Of a stretch of 64,000 nt of DNA, positions 57,115 through 64,000 are shown piece by piece. A model generated the notes under the pieces. That model ran no database searches and was not told the DNA's origin. It saw only the letters and a program-made list of their open reading frames with translations. Source of the DNA: Planctomycetota bacterium (lineage in GTDB: Bacteria > Planctomycetota > Phycisphaerae > UBA1845); contig JAJRPG010000033.1 of the NCBI GenBank assembly GCA_024280855.1, forward strand, positions 16,556 to 80,555, written 5' to 3'. Both the position numbers and the translations under genes were made by a program. Numbering within the stretch: position 1 is the stretch's first letter; every line of letters starts with the position of its first letter.

Positions 57115-57471
57115 ATGGAAATTTTTAGAGGCATTTCGGTATCTCCCGGTGTCGCCATTGGCGAGGCTGTGGTTCTCGAAGCGGAGGAATATCGTATTCC
57201 CTACCGCGTCGTGCCAGCTAGCGATGCGCCTCAAGAACTTGAACGATTCCTTGCTGCGGTTCAATCGTCCGTCAGCGAAATCGAGGAGCAGTCAACGCAC
57301 CTACATGCGCATCTAGGCCGTGACGCCGCTAATGTTTTTGACTGGCATGTGGGCGTACTCAAAGACGAAAGCCTGCGCGATCAGATTTCCAAGTTGATTC
57401 AGGAAAAAAATGCGGCGGCGGCTTATGCGGTGAGCACGGTGATGCGCAGTTATCAGCGCCGTTTTATGTAA
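57115..57471 (+). CDS. ptsI: PEP-protein phosphotransferase (Enzyme I), N-terminal 118-aa fragment ending at an in-frame TAA
   Basis: MEIFRGISVSPGVAIGEAVVLE is the canonical EI N-terminus. The ORF stops at TAA 57469-57471, and the same reading frame continues in the next ORF. Confidence 0.7.
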   Translation: MEIFRGISVSPGVAIGEAVVLEAEEYRIPYRVVPASDAPQELERFLAAVQSSVSEIEEQSTHLHAHLGRDAANVFDWHVGVLKDESLRDQISKLIQEKNAAAAYAVSTVMRSYQRRFM

Positions 57472-58857
57472 ATGAGCGATCCGCTATTGGTCGAACGCAT
57501 GCGTGACGTGCAGGATATTGAACGTCGATTGCTACGGCACATCCTCGGCGAGGGCCGGGAAGATTTGGCGCATTTGAGCAAGCCTGTGATTCTCGTTGCC
57601 CATGACCTTACACCCACACAGACGGCCCAGCTCAACGACACAAAGGTCATCGGCGTGGCACTGGATTCCGGCGCTGCGACTTCGCACACGGCTATCCTGC
57701 TGCAATCCTGGGGACGCCCCGGCGTCATCGGTCTTGGCGATATTTCTACGCACCTTAGCGGCGGCGACACCATCATCGTAGACAGCACGAACCAACTGGT
57801 CATTGCTAACCCAACCGAATCAACCCTGGCGGAATACCGCGAACGAGAGGCTGCGTATAGCCGATTTTCGCACGCACTGGATGACATCAAAGATTTACCA
57901 GCGATTACATGCGATGAAACACCTATCGCACTGTATAGCAATATCGAGTTTCCGTATGAATCTCGCGCGGGCATAGCTAAGGGCGCTAGTGGCGTGGGGC
58001 TGTACCGCACGGAGTTTTTGTTTCTTCGTCCCGAAGGAGCGCCTACAGAAGATCAGCAATTTATCGCCTATCGAGATGCGACGCTTGGCGCAGACGGCAT
58101 GCCAGTGACGATTCGCACATTCGATCTTGGCGCAGACAAATACACGCAGCAGCGAAGCTATGAGCAAGAGCGCAATCCGATGCTTGGGCTGCGGTCCATT
58201 CGCTATAGTTTGCGCAACCTGGACATGTTCAAAGTGCAACTGCGGGCGGTGCTTCGTGCGTCGGCGCATGGCGATGTGCGGGTGATGTTTCCACTTATTA
58301 ATAGTTTGATGGAATTTCGTCAGGCGAAAATGACGCTGCATGACGCGATGGAAGACCTCGAAGACGAAGGCGTAGCCCTCAATCGGAACATCAAGATTGG
58401 CATCATGGTGGAAACGCCGGCGGCGGCGATTCAGATTAAGGAATTTTGCCGCGAGGTGGATTTCGTCAGCCTGGGCACTAACGACCTGATTCAATACTTG
58501 TTAGCGGTGGATAGAGGCAACGAGCGGGTGTCGCAGTATTACATTCCGTCTCACCCTGCGGTATTGCGGTCTATCCGCGATGTAGTTCGTGCGTGCAATC
58601 AAGCCGAGATCGAGTGCAGCGTTTGTGGCGAGATGGCTGGGCAACCTTTGTATACGATGTTTTTGTTGGGTGTGGGACTACGCACCTTGTCGATGGCGCC
58701 GGCGAATATCCCTGAGATTAAGAAGTTGGTCAGGCTAACGACGGTGTCACAGGCAAGGCGGGTTGCCCGTCGCGCATTGGGATTTGATACGGACAGGCAG
58801 GTAACGAATTACTTGCGCGATGAAATGCGAAAACTGTTACCGGATGATCCTATTTAA
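57472..58857 (+). CDS. ptsI: PEP-protein phosphotransferase (Enzyme I), remainder (phospho-His and PEP-binding domains)
   Basis: ERMRDVQDIERRLLRHILG, the active-site GAATSHTAILLQSWGRPGVIG, LGTNDLIQY and CGEMAG. The ATG lies immediately after the TAA, in the same frame as 57115-57471. Confidence 0.8.
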   Translation: MSDPLLVERMRDVQDIERRLLRHILGEGREDLAHLSKPVILVAHDLTPTQTAQLNDTKVIGVALDSGAATSHTAILLQSWGRPGVIGLGDISTHLSGGDTIIVDSTNQLVIANPTESTLAEYREREAAYSRFSHALDDIKDLPAITCDETPIALYSNIEFPYESRAGIAKGASGVGLYRTEFLFLRPEGAPTEDQQFIAYRDATLGADGMPVTIRTFDLGADKYTQQRSYEQERNPMLGLRSIRYSLRNLDMFKVQLRAVLRASAHGDVRVMFPLINSLMEFRQAKMTLHDAMEDLEDEGVALNRNIKIGIMVETPAAAIQIKEFCREVDFVSLGTNDLIQYLLAVDRGNERVSQYYIPSHPAVLRSIRDVVRACNQAEIECSVCGEMAGQPLYTMFLLGVGLRTLSMAPANIPEIKKLVRLTTVSQARRVARRALGFDTDRQVTNYLRDEMRKLLPDDPI

Positions 58858-58874
58858 TGTTAGGCGAGTAGGCT

Positions 58875-59669
58875 ATGCATGTATCCACTGTAGACATAGC
58901 CGGTGAACGTATGACTGGAACCGATGAACAACTTGACTCAGCAACAACGCCTGTCGTTCGGGTTCGTTATGCATTCGCGTTTGAAGTCGAGGGTGATTTG
59001 AAGTTTATTTCACACCAGGACACGCTACGGATGTTCAAACGTGCGATGGCGCGTGCGAAGTTACCGGTGTCTTATAGCGAAGGGTTTAACCCTCAGCCTC
59101 GCTTATCGATTCCGCTGCCCAGACCTGTTGGCATCGCTTCGATTTGTGAGCAGCTAGTAGTCTCCATGGCAGAGGAAATTGATACCGTAGAAGCCACGTC
59201 GCAATTCCAGGCTCACGCCCCGATAGGTTTGACCATTACCGGCGGGCAGCAGTTGAAGCCGAGGCAAAAGATGTTGCCCACAGGTGTGTCCTATGTACTG
59301 CCAATCGCCGAGGACGACCCTGAAAATTTAGAAGAAAAGATTGAAAAGATATTAGCAGAAGAAAAATTGATCGTATCACGATCAAACCCTAAGAAAAAAG
59401 AAACACGCACCGTCGATATCAGACCGTTTATCGATAGTTTGTGCATAAAAAATAGTAGCTTAGCCTTTCGATTGCATGTGAGCGCAAAGGGAACAGCTAA
59501 GCCTTCGGAAATAGCTGGATTACTGGGATATGAAGCGATTGCTATCAACCACAGAATTCAGCGCATAAGTATTGCATGGTTAGCGCAAGATCAATCTGGC
59601 TGTAGCGACGAGAAAAATGTTTCTTCTGGAAATGTTGACGATGCGTCGCCCCGCCAGGATTGCACATGA
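58875..59669 (+). CDS. DUF2344 (radical SAM-linked) family protein
   Basis: RVRYAFAFEVEGDLKFISHQDTLRMFKRAMARAKLPVSYSEGFNPQPRLS matches the DUF2344 signature as I remember it. It lies directly upstream of an Rne/Rng gene. Confidence 0.6.
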   Translation: MHVSTVDIAGERMTGTDEQLDSATTPVVRVRYAFAFEVEGDLKFISHQDTLRMFKRAMARAKLPVSYSEGFNPQPRLSIPLPRPVGIASICEQLVVSMAEEIDTVEATSQFQAHAPIGLTITGGQQLKPRQKMLPTGVSYVLPIAEDDPENLEEKIEKILAEEKLIVSRSNPKKKETRTVDIRPFIDSLCIKNSSLAFRLHVSAKGTAKPSEIAGLLGYEAIAINHRIQRISIAWLAQDQSGCSDEKNVSSGNVDDASPRQDCT

Positions 59670-59705
59670 CCTAACCATAGCTGTGCAGGAAAGTTTGTAC
59701 TTATC

Positions 59706-62000
59706 ATGCCATTAACAGAAAAAGAACAAGACAAGCAGCCAATCGCTGCTAAAAAAACCGTCAAACGTAAACGGGCCGTGCGCAAAAAGAAGAAGGTTGT
59801 CGCCGAGAAGCCCGTAGATGAATTAGTCGCGAATACATCGCCGGTCGAGGTCGCGGAAAAGAGCGATGATAACTCTGCGGATGTGGTAAAGCCTAAGCGC
59901 AAAGCGCGAAGACCAGCCGCGAAGACCAGGGCTAAGGTTGAAACCGAAGCGAATGAAAATCTTGACGAGGACGCGCCGAAAAAGCCCAAAAGAGCGCCAC
60001 GACGCAAAGCCGTGAAAAAGAAAAAAGTCAGCGATGACGTTACTCCTGAAACGATTGACTCACCAGAAGATAAGGTAGAAGCATCTCCAAAAGAAACGCC
60101 AATCGTCGCGGAGAAGGCGGCGGAGGCTCGTGAGGAGAAACCTAAAACCCGCGATAAGAAAACGGTGGTGACAGACGAGACTGCTTCGGCGCAGCCTAGC
60201 GAGACGGACGAACATTCGCGCAGGCCACGGAAGCGCGGTGGTCGGGGCCGAGGGAGGCGTGGACAACGTAAAGGCCCCGGGCAAGAGCAGGAACAACAGC
60301 AAGGCGAAAGGCAAAGTAAAGAGCCTGTTGATAAGCCAAAATCGCAGACACAGGAAACCGAAGCCGAAGATACGCGAGCGCGCGTAGCTCATCGCATTGA
60401 TACCGTCTTGCACACATCCTCGGAGGCCCGCAAAGCTATTCGAACGAAGGGCAAGGGGCGAGACATGATCATCAATACGACGGCTGGGGATGAGTGTCGC
60501 ATCGCGGTGCTGCACGAAGGCCGTCTTGAGGAATTGTTCATAGAGCGTTCCGCCTCAGCGTCTCATGTAGGTAGCATATATAAGGGCGTGATTACAAATG
60601 TAGAGCCTAGTATTCAGGCGGCCTTTATTGATTTTGGTTTGCAAAAGAACGGCTTCCTGCATATCTCAGATGTTCAGCCTCAATATTTTCCTAATCACCA
60701 AGGCGAGCATGAAAGTGTGGGGCAGAAAATCCCCCGCCATAAAAGACCTCCGATTCAAAATTGTTTTCGGCGTGGGCAGGAAGTCATCGTTCAAATTATA
60801 AAAGAAGGCGTGGGCACTAAGGGGCCTACGCTGACGACTTATCTTTCCATTCCCGGCAGATACCTAGTGATGATGCCTGGGATGAGTAAGCATGGCGTGT
60901 CGCGGAAAATCGAAGACGATGAATCACGTCGCACGATGCGCGATCTGTTAAACGAATTGATACTCCCACCTGATATGGGTTTCATTGCCCGCACGGCTGG
61001 GCTTGGCCAAAACAAACGCGACCTTCAACGCGACTTGAATTACCTTCAAAGGCTATGGAAAACCGTAGTTGAGCGGGTTATGAAAATGGCGGCGCCAGCT
61101 GAACTCTATCGAGAGTCTGACCTGGTCACCCGCACCATCCGCGACGTGTACTCATCGGACTACCGCCGTATCATGATCGACTCGCAGGACACCGCAGCCA
61201 AGGTTCGAGAATTTTTACAGATCGCCATGCCGCGTACCAAAGTTCGTCTTGAACTATACGACGGGCATGAGCCGTTGTTTCATAGCCTGGGTATTGAAGA
61301 TGAAATCGACAGCATCAACCAGCGACATGTACCCTTGCCATCTGGTGGCTCATTGGTGATCGACTCGACGGAGGCTTTGGTCGCTATCGATGTCAATAGC
61401 GGTCGGTCTCGCTCGATTAAAGATGCGGAGGAAAGCGCCTTCCGTTTGAACGTGGAAGCAGCCGAGGAAATCGCCCGCCAACTTCGTCTCAGAGACTTGG
61501 GCGGGTTAATCGTCTGCGACTTTATCGACATGCGATTAGACCGTAACAAGCGGGCCGTGGAACGTGCGCTACGCGATGCGTTAAAAGACCATAAAGAACG
61601 AGCGCGTATATTGCGAATTAGTGCGTTCGGGCTGATCGAAATTACCCGACAGCGGCAAGGCCCTTCGATGAAGCGTAGTATATACTCCGATTGCCCGCAT
61701 TGTCGCGGTGGCGGGGTCGTAAAAACGCCAGACTCTGTCGTGCTTGATATAATGAGAAGCATCCAATTAGCCGCTCATAAACCAGCGGTTAAGACGATCC
61801 AAATATCGGTGTCCAACGCGGTGGCTTATCTTATCTTGAATGACAAGCGTGCGGCACTACATGAACTCGAGGAAAAAACTGAAAAGCGTATCCAGGTTCG
61901 CGGCGAATCATCGTTCACTAGCGATCAGGTGGAATATGCGTTTCTCGATGCGCAGTCTAACCCGGCCAGAATTTCACTGACGGAAGGCTCCAGAAGGTAA
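59706..62000 (+). CDS. Rne/Rng family ribonuclease with about 240-aa K/R/E-rich N-terminal extension
   Basis: The catalytic core runs from MIINTTAGDECRIAVLHEGRLEELFIER...GSIYKGVITNVEPSIQAAFIDFG (S1 domain) through IDVNSG and the Zn-link CPHCRGGG. The N-terminus contains KKTVKRKRAVRKKKK and RKRGGRGRGRRGQRKG. Confidence 0.9.
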   Translation: MPLTEKEQDKQPIAAKKTVKRKRAVRKKKKVVAEKPVDELVANTSPVEVAEKSDDNSADVVKPKRKARRPAAKTRAKVETEANENLDEDAPKKPKRAPRRKAVKKKKVSDDVTPETIDSPEDKVEASPKETPIVAEKAAEAREEKPKTRDKKTVVTDETASAQPSETDEHSRRPRKRGGRGRGRRGQRKGPGQEQEQQQGERQSKEPVDKPKSQTQETEAEDTRARVAHRIDTVLHTSSEARKAIRTKGKGRDMIINTTAGDECRIAVLHEGRLEELFIERSASASHVGSIYKGVITNVEPSIQAAFIDFGLQKNGFLHISDVQPQYFPNHQGEHESVGQKIPRHKRPPIQNCFRRGQEVIVQIIKEGVGTKGPTLTTYLSIPGRYLVMMPGMSKHGVSRKIEDDESRRTMRDLLNELILPPDMGFIARTAGLGQNKRDLQRDLNYLQRLWKTVVERVMKMAAPAELYRESDLVTRTIRDVYSSDYRRIMIDSQDTAAKVREFLQIAMPRTKVRLELYDGHEPLFHSLGIEDEIDSINQRHVPLPSGGSLVIDSTEALVAIDVNSGRSRSIKDAEESAFRLNVEAAEEIARQLRLRDLGGLIVCDFIDMRLDRNKRAVERALRDALKDHKERARILRISAFGLIEITRQRQGPSMKRSIYSDCPHCRGGGVVKTPDSVVLDIMRSIQLAAHKPAVKTIQISVSNAVAYLILNDKRAALHELEEKTEKRIQVRGESSFTSDQVEYAFLDAQSNPARISLTEGSRR

Positions 62001-62022
62001 CGCTTGCAATAGCCGGCACTTA

Positions 62023-62835
62023 CTATCTACCGAAGGAAAACGGTGCGTCAAAATCGTAAGTCGTTTCTGCGCTGAGAAAACCAGGCGACTGGCCGGGGCA
62101 GTTGGACTGCGATGCGACGAAACGATGTTCACGACGCATTTCCTTCATCGTATGGCGGTCCAGCATCAGCTCCACATACGGTGCGTTAGGCCCGTCCGGT
62201 CGGTTGTCACGATTGATGTGAGCGTAGCCTAGCGTGTGTCCGATTTCGTGGGCGGTTACATTGGCGAACACATTGACCCACTCGTCGAAAGTGTACGAGC
62301 CAGCTAGCTGACGAATCCGCTCGCCGAAAATCACGGCATCATTATCGTGCTGGATGTCACATGGATCATATTCGGCTTCGCCAATGTCCATGCGTCCGTC
62401 CGGGCGAACGCCTTGGGTCAACAGAACTTTGGTATCGACATTGAATTTGTCGGCGTCGCTACTGCTTAGTACGAGGAGATTGGCTTGGTCCCAATCGCAA
62501 TAAATCTGATTGATTTGATCGGTGAGGCGCTGCTCGAATTCTTCAGCACGGTCAGCTAGGGTTCCGCCGTCTTGTAGGTTGAACATGGACAGGTCGAGTC
62601 CATCGAAAACCTCTGCCGGGTAAATGCCGGTGGTTCCGCCACCCCACTCCAACGCGATGAGCGTAGTATTGCTCAGGTCCGCGTTGGCGAGTCGGCTACA
62701 CTTGCTAGCCAAAGGTCTTAGCACAGCTGCATCTGTTGATACAACAACGCCGCACCCTGTGACAGATGCCAGGCAAATCATAGTCAGGCCTAAACGCATA
62801 GCCTGGCGAATGTAGTGATGTCCTCCGTGGGTCAT
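62023..62835 (-). CDS. Metzincin-type zinc metalloprotease lipoprotein
   Basis: HEIGHTLGYAH gives HExxHxxGxxH. Lipobox LASVTGC. I start at ATG 62833-62835, which has GGAGGAG 6 nt upstream. The ORF track extends it to 62874. Confidence 0.8.
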   Translation of the reverse strand: MTHGGHHYIRQAMRLGLTMICLASVTGCGVVVSTDAAVLRPLASKCSRLANADLSNTTLIALEWGGGTTGIYPAEVFDGLDLSMFNLQDGGTLADRAEEFEQRLTDQINQIYCDWDQANLLVLSSSDADKFNVDTKVLLTQGVRPDGRMDIGEAEYDPCDIQHDNDAVIFGERIRQLAGSYTFDEWVNVFANVTAHEIGHTLGYAHINRDNRPDGPNAPYVELMLDRHTMKEMRREHRFVASQSNCPGQSPGFLSAETTYDFDAPFSFGR

Positions 62836-63228
62836 CAGCTTCTCCTCCCCCTTTGGCTGACGTTCGCCAGCCATAAATTGTGGTGTGGCTGCTCTTTGGT
62901 CGAGCAGCTACTCATTTGTTGGCGCAGGGCTGGGTGATGTCAACGCAGTTTCGCTCGATTTTACCAGATCGAGGCTGGGTCTGTTTATATCCAGCGATTA
63001 TGGGCCTCGATTGATACTCCGGACGTGGGACGTGGCGTGGGTTTGGGCACATTATGCACACAAGCCACGCGTCATACCATACATGACAGCTAATCGATCA
63101 CGACGTAAACGGTTCCCCTTTATCCTAATAGTTGGCTACGCAGGTTGAATTGAAGGCAAAATCCCCTTATTATCGCAGGGCAGCAACGGGGAAATCGCAC
63201 AACCAAGCGGGGATGACTTACGAGAGAT

Positions 63229-64000
63229 ATGGCTAAGCGACGCAAAAAACTCGGTGAAATGCTTGTGGATCGAGGCGTAGTCACCGCAGACGGTGTGACC
63301 CAGGCCCTTGAATATGGGATGGAACACGGAAAGCGGATTGGCGAATCGCTTATCGAGCTGGAGCTATGCGATGAAAATGTGGTCGCGGAATCACTGGCTG
63401 AGCAGTTCGGATGGGAATTCACCAACTTAGATGGCCACGCCGTTGACAAAGAAGCGTTGGAACTGATCCCATCTAAGATGATCGAAGATTATTTGGTCCT
63501 TCCACTGGGTATGGTGGGAGACAAACTGAAAATCGTTATGACAGATCCGCTGGATCTCGAAACACTTGATCTACTGCATTTTCGTCTTAACAAACAGATT
63601 ATTCCCACGCTATCCCCAGTTAGTAAAGTCAAACGGTTTATCGACAAATTCGTCAACCCTGAAGGCGACGTCTTGTCACAAACGATGGCGAGTATCGACC
63701 AGGAAGCACCGGAAGAAGAAATTGGTGACACGGTCGATGATGAAGATGCCGACGCACCCATTATTCGCCTGGTGAACCTAATTATCACGGAAGCTTGCCA
63801 TAGCAGAGCTAGTGATATTCATATCGAGGCGATGGCTAACCGCGTGCGCGTGAGATACCGCATTGACGGCGTTTGCCATGTGCGCGACGACATTCCCAAA
63901 AGTATGCAGGGTGCGGTGATTACCCGTTTCAAGATCATGGCCGGGATCGACATCGGGGAGAAAAGACTGCCTACCGACGGGCGTATCAAGCTAATCGTCG
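63229..64000 (+). CDS. Type II secretion / type IV pilus assembly ATPase (GspE/PilB family), 5' partial
   Basis: The ORF is open to the window end. KLGEMLVDRGVVTADGVTQALE...LIPSKMIEDYLVLPL is the T2SSE_N-type domain. APIIRLVNLIITEA...ASDIHIE...RVRYRIDGV follows. It is absent from the ORF track because there is no stop. Confidence 0.85.
   Translation, partial: MAKRRKKLGEMLVDRGVVTADGVTQALEYGMEHGKRIGESLIELELCDENVVAESLAEQFGWEFTNLDGHAVDKEALELIPSKMIEDYLVLPLGMVGDKLKIVMTDPLDLETLDLLHFRLNKQIIPTLSPVSKVKRFIDKFVNPEGDVLSQTMASIDQEAPEEEIGDTVDDEDADAPIIRLVNLIITEACHSRASDIHIEAMANRVRVRYRIDGVCHVRDDIPKSMQGAVITRFKIMAGIDIGEKRLPTDGRIKLIV

Noticed and set aside
57453-58494. Minus-strand ORFs (185 and 199 aa) inside the Enzyme I gene. 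A similar case is the ORFs at 59591-60515 opposite the K/R-rich 5' part of the RNase gene.
   Set aside because: These are shadow ORFs opposite conserved coding sequence. Their translations are Arg/Ser/Ala-rich and low in complexity.

Overview
The window is chromosomal DNA that looks Planctomycetota-like. That assignment is an inference from two prepilin-type H-X9-DG/DUF1559-like pseudopilins, an NHL propeller with a dockerin-like tail, several lipoproteins and an ECF sigma/anti-sigma pair. I call about 54 protein genes.

Housekeeping genes: tgt-yajC, prpC-prpB, rarD, thiC behind a TPP riboswitch, BamD-like/LptE-like/ftsH, hpf-ptsN-HPr-EI, a DUF2344 protein with RNase E/G, and the 5' end of a GspE/PilB ATPase.

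Accessory or poorly understood genes:
- A secreted protein made of six 47-aa, six-cysteine repeats.
- A YWTD-type propeller and an S8 protease that share an IPTL-CTERM-like sorting tail.
- An operon encoding a PilZ-fused hybrid histidine kinase, a CheY-like receiver and a GAF-HD-GYP protein.
- A stand-alone B12-binding radical SAM enzyme.
- A divergent GT2/GT-C glycosylation locus with DegT-aminotransferase and GlpD-like oxidase genes.

I recognised no rRNA, tRNA, CRISPR array, transposase or integrase.

Intergenic DNA carries at least five families of GC-rich structured repeats, including a MITE-like element present in six full copies plus one solo end.

Two further signals stand out:
- An in-frame TAA splits the PTS Enzyme I gene as ATG-TAA-ATG.
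- Across about 18 kb (about 19.9-38 kb) the synonymous-site strand bias is the mirror image of both flanks, which suggests an inverted or relocated segment.

All functional calls come from reading motifs by eye. No database search was run.
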